In this document: positions 1 to 13,486 of the stretch, piece by piece
Position numbering within the stretch: position 1 is the first letter of the stretch
How the letters are laid out: each line of letters starts with the position of its first letter
Assembly (NCBI RefSeq): GCF_006345805.1
Contig: NC_043005.1
Location: 63,860,001 to 63,924,000 of the forward strand
Direction: 5' to 3'
DNA length: 64,000 nt
Source: Octopus sinensis
Lineage: Eukaryota
Made by a program: the position numbers and the translations under genes
Notes under the pieces: generated by a model
The model's database searches: none
The model's input: only the letters and a program-made list of their open reading frames with translations
What the model was told of the DNA's origin: nothing

Positions 1-12
1 GGTTTGACTCAA

Positions 13-323
13 ATTTTTTTTCTCCCTTTTCAAGCCTAGCCAGGCTCATGAGCCCGGTTTCTCTGTTTCTGTGGCGTATGTGTTCCCCCAGCTGGACGGG
101 ACGCCAGCCCATCGCAGCGTTACTCAAGAAACAGGAAGAAAGAGTGAGAGAAAGTTGGGGTGAAAGAATACAACAGGGGTCGCCACCACCCCACTGCCGG
201 AGCCTCGTGGAGCTTTAGGTGTTTTCGCTCAATAAACACGCACAACGCCCAATCTGGGAATCGAAACCACGATCCTCCGACCGCGAGTCCGCTGCCCTAA
301 GCACTGGGTCATTGCGCCTCCAC
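13..323 (-). mobile_element. tRNA-derived SINE with Meta/V-like central domain (GCGATGGGCTGGCGTCCCGTCCAG)
   Basis: Reverse complement of the copy at 35898-36214. tRNA-like head GTGGAGGCGCAATGACCCAGTG...GGTTTCGATTCCC. Target-site duplication GGTTTG(A/G)CTCAA at 1-12 and 325-336. Confidence 0.85.
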
Positions 324-1882
324 AGGTTTGGCTCAATAGCAGCACATAACAAATACAGAGAGTCTCTCCAAGCCCTAAATCATGAAAGATGAATTTGAAA
401 ACCTTCATGAAATTTAAACCTAGAATTTAAAATTGAGATTCAAAATATTTCGAGTAACTTAGTAATATGTTTCGGCAATATTTTAACTCTGAAACTTTTT
501 TTCCTTTGGCATCTTGCAAACATAAGTATACATAAATGCGTGGCGCAAGACACGCAGGGTGCCTGGTAAAATGCGTAGCGATATAATTTAATTTGTGTCA
601 AAGTCAGACTGAAACAATGGCAAAGCGCGCAACACATTTATTGTCACATCAACCCTACAAAGCTCCGAGTCTTCCATATATTGCAATAAACATTAAACCT
701 CTTTATTGCAGATCTACTTTCTATCTTAAGCAATTGCGTAAACCGTAATGCTTTTCTGAGGATGACTACACATTCTTTTATAAAACGATCTGATTCTCGT
801 AACCAAGTGGAAAAAAACCGACAGACTAAAAAGTTCGCTTTATCAACACACTTCTATATCCCATATATAGTTTACATTAGCACTATCTCTTTTACCATGC
901 CTATAATACTTTCTCCGACTTTGTATCACCGATCTAAAACTTCTGAAACACCATCCACCTCTGATATTCTGTATCTAAGCTGAAACTCCCAACACTAAAT
1001 TATATCGCCAAAGTCACTTTTCCCAATAATGATCAATATACAGGAGTTAAATATGAACATTAGTGACTCCTACTTCATCATTCAGGGCAGATATGAATTA
1101 ATTATTGTAGGTTGCTCTATCCTCTCATTGTTAATATACACATATTTCATAAAGAACAATACTGTGCAGAAATACGTATAAGTAATTGACTCTCAAGACA
1201 CAATGCGGAGTTGTAAATGACATTTATCTACGGTTTCATAGTGTTAAGAGGATGACCGATATATATTTTCAGTGCCGACATTAATTCAAATAAAACATCG
1301 AACACTGAGCTAAATTGATTGAATGTACTAAAAGTCGCCTTTCTTATAAACACGACGAACGACATTCAAACAAGGAATCGAAACCGATCACCTTTGAGGA
1401 GGAAGGTCAATTCGATATTCTCTTGGCTACCTGCGCCTACATATACGCTCAGACATGTCAATACGACAAACGTAAAATCAAGACAAGATTCACGTTGGTT
1501 CGTAAGTCTGATTGATGTATTTAATTTCTGTTCCTAAACATTAAGCAAATCGCACAGAAAAAATCCTGATGGACATGACACCAACTGGGAAACATTTGTT
1601 GGCATTCCAGACAATTTATGAAAATGTTCATTGCTTCATTGCCTAGACTGGAAAATGGTTAAATATCTTTGAAAAGTAGGAATAATTACATTGGTCGATT
1701 GCATTCTTCCCACGACACTACTGGTACATATCTAATTTAGAAGTATGGTTGGTTAAATTCTTTTGTATTCATATCTCATTTCAAATTATTGTATTTGAAT
1801 ATAGAAGATTAGTCTGCTATATTTTGTTTGTAACCCTACATCTCAATATCTTTACAATACACTAAAATATCAACAATTATAC

Positions 1883-1968
1883 GTGTGTGGGTGTGCGTGT
1901 GTGTATGTGTGCGCGTATCGTCGCGTATACACACACATACATACATACATACATACACATATATATAT

Positions 1969-2012
<44 letters not shown>
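1883..2012. repeat. compound (GT)/(CATA)/(TA)n microsatellite
   Basis: Directly visible simple repeats; source of the YIYIY-type ORFs. Confidence 0.95.
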
Positions 2013-2013
<1 letters not shown>

Positions 2014-2084
2014 GTGCATTTATATACTTACGTACATACCTTCACAAACACATACTAATATTGGATACTCAAATTGCTGTTAGT

Positions 2085-3145
2085 CATTGAGGTGTTGTTT
2101 TGATAGTCTGGTGACTAGGATTGTTATAAACAGCTTACAGAAGTGAGACAAGAGGCATATGGGGCGATAATTTCTTAATTTTCTTTATAATCCGTCGTAT
2201 GAACCAAGATGTTACTCGACTCTTTCCACAGCGACGCTGGTTTACCCTCCTTCAGATAGAGATTGAAGTGTAGAACGAGGATTTTCAACAGTTCTTCACC
2301 TCTGCATCATAACGTATCTGTTGTTCTGCAATCTTTTCCTGGGGCTTTCTCTCTTTTCGTCAGCTTGGGAGCATTTTCAGTTTTACTGAACAGAATAAGC
2401 GGCACTTCTTTCAACATTTGTGGTTGTGGTGGATTGCATTTCACTGATGACTTTTAAGAAAGTTGTTGAAGATTTTGCATGCCTCTTCCATTTGCCCTTT
2501 GTATGTTACAGTGAACTCATCCTCCTTAAGCGCCGTCACTTCTGACCTACAGAGTTCGGGCTCTCCTCTAATTCTTTTTAGAACTGAAATTTCCTCTACA
2601 ACCTGCATAATTTTCTAATTCCTTACCGTAATGTTGTCTGATCCCTTTCGAATGAACGGAATACTCAAGGTGAGATTTCATGTTCCTTTTCACATTCTTC
2701 TGTTTCTGTAGCATTTTCTTCGTTTCCTCTCAGATACTTCCGACAGGCACTCGCTGGCTTGTTGCTCTCGCCTTCAACTAGCAGCTTTTAATCTTCTGGA
2801 CCAGTGAATTGTAGCCCTTATCCAGCTCTTCAAGCTGACTCCAAGCTTTCATCTTCACAGCGTCATATCGAACGCTTCGACGTGTTGATTCTTTAATGAC
2901 ATGTGCAGTGTCTTTTTCTCTCTGATTTGTTGATTATGATCTTCGCCCCAGGCAAGTGATGGTCACAGCCTGCGTTGAATTGCGCTATCATCGCAACGTC
3001 CTAAAATATGCGCTGTTTTACCGGCAAGTATGTAGTAAATGTACTTTTTGTACAGAGCGTTGGGACAGTCCAGGTCCATCTCCTTCCAGATTACTTCCTA
3101 AATATGCTTTTCCGAATGTAGTCTTCGTGCTTTGCTATGGTAACT
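2085..3145 (-). mobile_element. degenerate RTE-clade LINE fragment (endonuclease C-terminus to RT N-terminus)
   Basis: Minus-strand translation across stops/frameshifts gives RRWTWTVP, FNAGCDHHL, KREKAPGKD, LWKESSNILVH and LRNYRPICLLSHFCKLF. Confidence 0.85.
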
Positions 3146-3268
3146 AAATGTTCCCCTCTTTCTTTTCTCTCTCTCATTTTTCTTTTTTCTTTTACTTGTT
3201 TCAGTCATATGACTGTGGCCATGATGGGATGGAAAGACATACATGCAGATAGACAGATAGACAGACAG

Positions 3269-3318
<50 letters not shown>

Positions 3319-3685
3319 ATTAAGTGTCCTAATGGTGTGAACTTGTTCATATTGTTTCTTTTAGCTGCGTCAAACATGTCTGTTACTACACATGCAGAGA
3401 ACCATAAATGATTCTATGATTTATGTATGTATTCACACATACAGGCAGACGTGTCTTGTGCGTGCGTGCGTGCATGTGTGTGTGTGTGTGTGTGTGTGTG
3501 TCCAAATAGCCGCAAATTTCACTCACCTAAACACAGGATTTTTGTAGTAGCTAATGGTCAATAAATATTCTAAACTTTGTGCTATTATAATATATTTATG
3601 TTAAGGAAATACAAAGGAAAACATGAATATAACCTACAGAGTAGGCATATGCACAAAAATGCACACACACACACACACACACATC

Positions 3686-3940
3686 TTAGGGATACCGTCG
3701 AAAGCAACATTAAGGTTTTAATGATGAATGTTTAAGACTGGGAGCAGATGATACAAGATCGATCGGTTTGGAAAGAAGTGATCTAAATGGCGATAAGACA
3801 TTTTACATACGTAGAATCGGACAATCCATCTTGAAACGAGCACTTCGTAAATAGGATTCCATTCCAATGCCAGACACTTTTCTCGCTGAACAAAAGGTTG
3901 TAACATCTGCAGTAGATTCCTTGCTACTGCAGGACTTTTC
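3686..3940 (+). mobile_element. degenerate RTE LINE 3' fragment
   Basis: DTVESNIKVL..DWEQMIQDRSVWKEV followed by GCNICSRFLATAGL, resembling the RTE C-terminal zinc-finger-like tail. Confidence 0.6.
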
Positions 3941-4234
3941 AATTTCTGGTAGGATCCAATTAGGTAAATAAGGTATGGTCGACCTGAAGCTATACAAAAT
4001 AAAAACTTGCAAAAGATTCCACTTAAGGGAATTGAAATGGGATCAACAGGGTTAGAGAAAACTTCTTACCCATTCGGCTATACCCTGCCTACACATATCG
4101 ACATACGTACACACATTCTCAAACACATACACACAAACACACGCACGCACACACACAGACACACACACACAAACACACACACATATATGGTTGTATGTAT
4201 GTATATTTGCATACATGTATGTGTATATATATGC

Positions 4235-4467
4235 AAGGCGGCGAGCTGGCAGAAACGTTAGCACACCGGGCGAAATGCGTGGCCGTATTTCGTCTACCGT
4301 TACGTTCTGAGTTCAAATTCCGCCGAGGTCGACTTTGCCTTTCATCCTTTCGGGGTCGATAAATTAAGTACCAGTTGCGCACTGGGGTCGATGTAATCGA
4401 CTTAATCCATTTGTCTGTCCTTGTTTGTCCTCTCTGTGTTTAGCCCCTTGTGGGTAGTAAAGAAATA
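4235..4467 (+). mobile_element. tRNA-derived SINE with Deu/Nin-like core (GTCGACTTTGCCTTTCATCCTTTCGGGGTCG)
   Basis: Head AAGGCGGCGAGCTGGCAGAA...GAGTTCAAATTCC; many related copies elsewhere in the window. Confidence 0.9.
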
Positions 4468-5735
4468 TATATATATACTACACGTTTTTCCTCTCCATTG
4501 GTCAGCTGAAGCTTAGGCACTGTCACGTGACAGTTGGCTGGTGCTAGCTGCTGGAGTCTACGGCGAGTATTTAAGGGGAAATTTAGCAGGATGGTTATTC
4601 ACCTGCTGAAATTCGTCAAACACTACATCGAAGAAACGTCGAAAACGGTAGAGTAGGGGCCGAAACCAACGTAGTTCCCCCTTACGATGTCTTTAGACAC
4701 AGGATCCTAGAAAGGAGTTGTTGAGGTAGCGAACCACAAAACGTGGTGGGAATTCTTATATATGTATGTATAAATATATATATATATATATATATAATTT
4801 AAAGGGAAAAATAAGTAGGATTTGGATGATTGCTGTACACCAAAGATTCTAATTTCTTCAAATTTTTCTCTAAGCTGTAGAAGAAAAAACAATAACCTAG
4901 CGGTACATGTTAGTGACTATCAGAGACAAGGGAAGACATCAATAAATTTCTAAAGTAAATTTGTATGCTATAGGAAAGTCAATCCCAATTTTTGTAGTTG
5001 GCAAGAGATAATTATGAACATCATATTTGACTTTTCAAAATTCGTCATCGCAAAATACTCAATTACACAGATATACAAGCATGCACGCGTACATAAATAT
5101 GTTTCCATAGTCCTCTCTCAACACCCATTCCTATAACATGAAAAAAAAAAAAAAACAGCCAAATTTTTAGTGATTTTCTGTGATCAAAACCAACGACTCA
5201 TTGAAAGCAAAAGCCGCGAGATATTTAATCAAAACAACCATCCCCAAAGTCAATTTGTCTGTTTCATTCTTCAACAAACAGCAGACACTTATTTAAACAC
5301 ACGCACACTCACACACACGCACGCACACATACACACATACACACGCATATATTGAAATCAAAATACAGCGGGACATACGCAACAAATATATCGCTGAAAC
5401 AAAAGAATCTTCGTAAAAATCAACCTTTCCAAGAAATCATTTGTCGTTTGCTTAATCAATGATCACGCTCCCAGATACAACTACTACACATACAGACATA
5501 CTTACATACATGAATGTACAGAGTCAAAACAACAAACAGGTAGATATACTATTTAATTGACCACTCCAGAAATTCACTGATTCTTCGTCCAGCCCCAGAT
5601 TCAGGTAAACAATTTTTTTTTAATAATATTTTATTTTCTAACATTCTCCAACAAACAGCTGACAATTTTCACACACACACACACACAAACACACACACAT
5701 GGACAAACACACTCACACACACATACACACAGATA

Positions 5736-5781
<46 letters not shown>

Positions 5782-5935
5782 GGTCCCTACTGCATACAGT
5801 AATCTGCATTTATGGAAATATTCTATGGAGAGGTAAAGTTAAGTAGAAAATAATAAACAATATTGCACCAACTTCGTACACATACATACATACATAATAC
5901 TTATATATATATATATACATACACACACACACCCC

Positions 5936-7037
<1,102 letters not shown>

Positions 7038-7443
7038 AATATATATATATATATATATTACAAATCTACTCACAACGCTTTCCTCAGTCTGGAGCTGTAG
7101 TTGAAGACCCTTACCCAAGGTTTCACGTCGTGGCATTGAACACGTATCTATGTGGTCGGGCAGGAAAACTCCAACCTCACACCCACATACGAACATTCAA
7201 AGAAAGATAGGAGAGTGACATAGGGAGATGCATATGTGTGGAGGAGGGTAAAAATTTGCTTCTCAACCACATGGTTCCAAGTTCAGTCCCAGAACTAGGC
7301 TCCACGCTGAGGAAAGCATTGCGAATGAATTTGCTAGGCGGAAATTAAAAGAAAAACAATAAACACACATATCACTCTTTGGTACTCTCTTTGTCTGTGT
7401 ATGTATGTGTGTATGTACGTATATGTGTGTGCGTGTGTGTGTA

Positions 7444-7860
7444 TTCGGGTGTCCCATAAATAATGCGGTTTTTATACTTTTATATTCAAAATTACTATAA
7501 AGAAAGTTTTTTTGTTAGTCTAAAATATACTCTCCATCTTCTACACTGCCCTTCGATCTATCTGGTAGATTTGCAATTTCCGTCTTCCAAAATTCACTAG
7601 TATATGGCGAAAAATAAATACTCCTCCAGTACTGTACTGACCTCGTCTACAGAGTTCATATTTTTTTCGTCTAAATGATTTTGGAGACTGCGGAATAAAT
7701 GATAATCAGATGGGGTAGTGTCCGGCGAATATAGTGGTTGGGGCATAGTTTTCCATTGAAACTGCACCAGCGTTTCGCATGTCATCTTCCCTGAATGTAG
7801 TTGAACATTGTTCTGATGAAAGAACATCTTTCGTCTTGAACCCAATGCTGGCCGTTTTTT
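7444..7860 (-). mobile_element. mariner transposon 3' fragment
   Basis: ORF 7597-7845 contains FHQNN..H and YSPDTTPSDYHLFRSLQN (mariner YSPDLAPSD motif). TIR-like end TTCGGGTGTCCCATAAATAATGCGG next to TA at 7442-7443. Confidence 0.9.
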
Positions 7861-7870
7861 ATAACTCTTT

Positions 7871-8349
7871 GTAGCTGCACGACAACGTGAAGTATATTTC
7901 CCACTTAAATGTGGCTAACCACTAAGGGTGGATGCTACTGTAGCTTGTAGCCCCAGGAGAACATCTTCTCCAGCTGGCTATTGACACAATGTCTGTACCC
8001 TATTATTATTTGCAAAGGGAAGTCATCCTTCCCATCCTCGAACTGACGTGATACGCACGTACCCGAGTTTCTGGGTATTTACCCGTCGTCAGTGAGCGAC
8101 AATCACCAGTCTTCCATGCGAAGGGGTCCCAATGCAAACACATGTATCCTTTTTCCAGAGACGAAAAGTCACTGATTTCGAAAAAGTGTAAACAAGCAAT
8201 AATAAATCTCTGAACGAGGTATAAACAGTAGCTGCACGATAACGTGAAGTATATTTGCCATTTAAATGTTAGATGTCCTCCTGGGGCTACAAGCTACAGT
8301 AGCATCACCCTTAGTGGTTAGCCACATTTAAGTGGCAAATATACTTCAC
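7871..8349 (-). mobile_element. non-autonomous PLE/retrozyme-like element (357-nt unit, partial tandem repeat plus inverted segment)
   Basis: Direct repeat GTAGCTGCACGA(C/T)AACGTGAAGTATATTT... at 7871 and 8228; 8271-8349 is an inverted copy of 7887-7966; contains a hammerhead core. Confidence 0.65.
8054..8098 (-). ncRNA. degenerate minimal type I hammerhead ribozyme
   Basis: Minus strand: cgctca CTGACGA cgggtaaataccca GAAA ctcggg TA cgtgcg. Core intact; stems I and II carry mismatches. Confidence 0.6.
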
Positions 8350-9954
8350 ATTCTTTATACTCCTAACCCAGATTTCGCCGAAATCAACTTTACCTTTCAT
8401 CCGGATTTAATTAACTGAGCTCTCCTCAGAGCGTTACGGTCTTGTGTCGTTATTAGTAATTATTTTTGTTTACATTATTTGAGAAGCATGGCAGAAACTT
8501 TAGGGTGATGGGCAAATGCTTTGTGCTAGTTAGTTAGGTTTTCTTTATTATGTTCTGAGTTATAGATCTCGTTATTATTACCCACTGTCAAATATTAGGG
8601 CTAGTTATAATTAACTATTCTCCTCCAACTAATGCCTTCTGACCCATGTTAACGTTACAATTTATTAATGTAATTTACAGTTTTAGGTTTCAAGTACATT
8701 ATACAAATACTTTCTGCATTTATGAGCGAATTACTTTTAACAACCACTTAATCTAAGAATGTTTGGTATATACATTGTATTTTTCTCCTAATATCTCTCT
8801 TTGGTCTTATATTTAAGAAGTGCTTAACACCACATTACCTTTTTTCCAGGTGTTTATGAAAACATAAAGAGAGATCCTTGCAGTGTTCACACATGTAGAG
8901 TCTATTACATCGGTAACATTATTACATAAAAGCAGTTTGTCGCTTGAGACACTTGATACTTTGCAATCTTTTCTTCTACTTGATCTTAATGCTAGTGTTC
9001 CCATATACTAATGTATAAATGATTTCACGTTCTTGTCATGTTTCCAGAAGAATATGAAGTCTCTTTCTTTCGTCTAATAATTATACAGGAGGACAGAATG
9101 TTTCATATTCCTTTACACTGGGCGGTTGGTGTTCACAACTATTATTTCACAAGTCTTTTTGTTTGTTATCTTTCGTTTTTTTTTTTGTGCACCATTACTG
9201 AACAACTCTGTGGGCCTTGGGTACGTAAATACTTTGGTTTCAAGATGTTTCATAACTTTCAATAAACACTATATAATATTATTCAATGCAATGTAGCGCT
9301 ATTTCCTTTCTACTGTGCATGTGCGTAATACTGACGTCTTACGTTAGATATTTGTCTGCATCTAGTATAATCATTTCCGGGAAATCTGTTATTACAATGT
9401 CTGTTTCTGTTTTCACTCGTCAAATTCTGAATATTACTAATTGAATTTTGATGAGCTTCTCTACTTCCATTACAGGTATATTGTCGTTTGTAGACTATGT
9501 TTGCAGTTCTTGATCGAATCGGTTAGACTTAGAGTTGTACGATGCATAAACACAGCCTAGGTGATAAGCACTTTCCATTGTGCGGGTGAACCCTTCTTAT
9601 TTGTATGTTTTGTGTACTGATTTCAAGACCGTCTAAACGTATATTGTGCATTTACCTATTCTTGTTTAACACATGTACGCACATACATGCGCTCACATAC
9701 ACACACATGTAGATACATACATACATACATACATTCATGCATAGATGCATGCATACATACATACATACATACATACATACATACATACTAACACTGGCCC
9801 AAATAAGTTTAAGATTGATGATGACAGTTCTATTTCGACTTTGCCTTTTTTCTTTATGGGGTCGATGGAATATATATTACTTGAGCGTTGGGGTTGATAT
9901 AATAAACTAGACCCCTTCCCCAAATATTTCAGACGAGTGCCTATAATAGAAAGC

Positions 9955-10335
9955 AAGGCGGCGAACTGGCAGAATCGTTCCACGCCGGACGAAATGCTTA
10001 GCGGTATTTCGTCTGCTGTTACGTTCTGAGTTCAAATTCCGCCGAGGTCGACTTTGCCTTTCAACCTTTCGGGTCGATTAAATAAGTACCAGTTATGCAC
10101 TGGGGTCGATACAATCGACTTAATCCGTTTGTCTGTCCTTGTTTGTCCCTTCTGTGTTTAGCCCCTTGTGTGTAGTAAACAAATAGGTATTTCCTCAGCT
10201 GCTACGTGCTCAGTTCTGAGTTCCGCCGAAGTCGACTTTGCTTTTCATCCTTTCGTACCAGTTTCACACTGTAATCAACTGGTCTCCTCTCACCAAATTT
10301 CAGGCCTTGTGCCTATAGTAGAAAGGATTATTATA
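9955..10335 (+). mobile_element. Deu/Nin-like SINE plus a tandem partial copy
   Basis: Near-identical to 4235-4467, followed by a second internal unit. Confidence 0.85.
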
Positions 10336-10350
10336 ATTATTTTATTGTAT

Positions 10351-10510
10351 TAGCACAGCGTCTAACGCTGGAGATGTACTAGGGTGTCAGCTGTTCACTT
10401 ACCAGTGAACTAAGGTAACACCCATTATTTTTCGAGCACCATCCGGGGTATTGCAGCGGTTCCAAGCAGTCCTGTTTTCTGCAAGTGGTCCATCCTTACT
10501 GCAGCCCCTA
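10351..10510 (-). mobile_element. R4/Dong-clade LINE 3' end
   Basis: Minus strand IGAAVRMDHLQKTGLLGTAAIPRMVLEK*, matching the LQKTALLGTARILRKVL-type terminus of R4/Dong elements; abuts a (TAA)n array. Confidence 0.75.
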
Positions 10511-10531
10511 TTATTATTATTATTAATATTA

Positions 10532-10588
<57 letters not shown>

Positions 10589-10912
10589 ATTATTAATTAT
10601 TATTATTATAATATTATTAATATTATTAATATCATTATTATTTTTATTATATTATTATTATTATTATTATTATCATTGTTATTATAATTATTATTATTAA
10701 TATTATTAATATTATTATTATCATTATTATTCTTATAAATATTATTATCATCATCACTATTATTATCATTATTATTATTATTATTATTATTATCATCATC
10801 ATTATTAATATTATTATTATTATTATCATCATCATTATTATTATCATTATTATTATTATTATTAATATTATATTATTATTATCATCATCATCATCATTAT
10901 TATTGTTATTAT
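10509..10912. repeat. (ATT)n/(ATC)n trinucleotide array, about 400 bp
   Basis: Direct observation; explains the poly-Ile/poly-Leu ORFs. Confidence 0.95.
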
Positions 10913-11128
10913 CAAGGCGACGAGCTGACAGAATTGTTAGTACGTCGGTCAAAATAATTAGCGGCAGTTCACCCGTCTTTACTTCCTGAGTTCAAATTTC
11001 ACTGAGGTCGACTTTGCCTTTCATCCTTTCGAAGTCAATAAAATAAGTACCTGGGGTGCACTGGGGTTGATGTAACTGACCTGCCTCCTATGAAAACTTA
11101 CTGACCTTGTGCCAAAATTTGAAATGAA
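10913..11128 (+). mobile_element. Deu/Nin-like SINE (diverged)
   Basis: AAGGCGACGAGCTGACAGAA head and GTCGACTTTGCCTTTCATCC core. Confidence 0.8.
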
Positions 11129-11439
11129 TATCATCATCGTCGTTACTATCTTTATTGATGCTGTTGTTGGTATTAATATTTTTGCTATTATTAAAAATAA
11201 TCCTATTGTTGTTATTCTAATTTGTTTACTTTTTTATAATACTTATTATTCTCCGTTTATTCATGAACATTCAAAGAATGCAAAGATGTGTTCTTAAAAA
11301 TTTCTTTCATTCATTTCCTTGCAAATGTCTTAATGCTGTCAATGTAGGCATAATTATTTTTATCGTGTAATAACTTTGATATTTGTTAAATATATTTTCT
11401 TTATTACATAATTCCAGAATTATATTTATGGAAACGCAA

Positions 11440-11629
11440 AGACACACGCGCACACATATATGTATATATATATATACATATAAATGTACATGTACTCAAA
11501 TATGCATATGTGTGGGCATAGGTGTGCATGTATGTGTGTACACATGATATATATATATATAAACACACACACACATATGTATATACATATACATATATAC
11601 ATATACATATATTACATATACATATATTC

Positions 11630-11660
<31 letters not shown>

Positions 11661-11805
11661 TATACATATATACATATACATATATATATATATTATATAT
11701 ATACATACACATAAATACATATACATATACATATATATATATATTATACACATAGATATATATACATATTTATACACATAGATATATATACATATTTATA
11801 CACAT

Positions 11806-11890
<85 letters not shown>
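11440..11890. repeat. compound TA/CA microsatellite block
   Basis: Direct observation. Confidence 0.9.
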
Positions 11891-11891
<1 letters not shown>

Positions 11892-12439
11892 CGTGATATG
11901 TACATACCTCACTATATAATGAATCTTTCCAAAGGATATTTATTCCTCTCAAACTTAAAGAAATATATTAACACATGTATTATCCAAGTCTATAGAAAAC
12001 ATGTGAATCTGATAAAAAGATATTCATATAATTATGTGATATTTATATACTGCATTTACATTTACACATATGCACAAATCTATAAATTCATACATACACG
12101 CATATGCATGTATATGCGTGTGTATGTGTTTACGTGTGGTGTGTATAAATATACATATGCTCACATACACATGGATGGTGTACGCGTTGTATGTATACTT
12201 TTGTGCGCCTGCATGTTTGTATATGTAACATTCTGTGACTGTGATGACTACGTAGCTATATAAGCTCGTACATGTTCTTGTGTACATACGTACATTTCTG
12301 AATAGATCTGCATAAGTGCGTGTGTGTGAGGAAGACAGAGAAACTGTGAATATGATTGAGAGAAAGAAATTATTTTATTACTGGTTATTTGTGTTATGTA
12401 TATATTTTAGATGAAGTGGTTTCGTTTCTGAGAATATTC

Positions 12440-12810
12440 GTGTGATGTGGTTAAGAAGCTTACTTTACAACAACATGGTATCGGATTCAGTCCCACTGCG
12501 CAGTACTTTGAGCATGTGTCTCCTGCTATATCTCCGATCCGATCCATTCCTGTGCAGACCCGTCGTATTGGAGTGTTTGTGTTTGTGTATCTGTAACTTT
12601 GTGTTTATACTGGGATTGCCCCTCAAGGCTTGACATCAGATATTGGTTTACTTGCCTGCCCCTAACTTAGCAGTTCTGTAAGAGACCAAGAGCTTAATTA
12701 GCAGACTTAAGAGTATTTACGGGAGATATTTTTTCGATTAAACTTTCCTAGCTGCGTCACAGCATGACCGTGAAGGAATCAGTGTTACACGGAAAAAGGA
12801 TAAAGAAACA
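12440..12810 (+). mobile_element. diverged copy of a second abundant tRNA-SINE family (as at 50352-50730)
   Basis: Shares GTGGTTAAGAAGCTT..CATGG..TTCAGTCCCACTGCG and TAACTTAGCAGTTC segments with 50352-50730. Confidence 0.6.
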
Positions 12811-12881
12811 AAATTGATACCTCAAGAAAAGTCTGGTATAATTCAAACTCAAATTTGTCAGAGCAACACACAAACACACAC

Positions 12882-12923
<42 letters not shown>

Positions 12924-13239
12924 TCTTGAGCAGACGTGATTCTCTATGACCTCGGATCAGCCCATATAACGAGATTAAGATTGGCTGCTCGGAAAAATGT
13001 AAAGTAGCACTTCGGATGGATTAGGCATGAAATTCAAGAAAGGTACGGCCTTGTCATTCTCTACATCAGGCTGATCTCGTTTCACTTTATGTTATGGATA
13101 CACGTGCCTTCGGAATGCTGAACCACTTTCACGTTAATTCAGGAACGAGGGAATGAAATACAAGTAAACAAATGAATCCAGCTGGTCATGCGTTCGTGTT
13201 TGCATGGGAATACTTATAAGTATGTTTGTGTGTATGTAT

Positions 13240-13285
<46 letters not shown>

Positions 13286-13486
13286 ATATATACCACTATA
13301 TTTTTATGTTTTTCAATTACATAATACAGTGGATAATACAAAGTCACATATAAAAATATTCATACACATATAAGTATACATACATATATGAGTGTGTGAA
13401 TATATATATGTATATACATACCTCGATACTTTTATATATATATATATATATATACCTCGATACTTTTATATATATATATATATATT

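Noticed and set aside
10451-10952. Hydrophobic poly-Ile/Leu ORFs resembling membrane proteins
   Set aside because: Products of the (ATT)n array.
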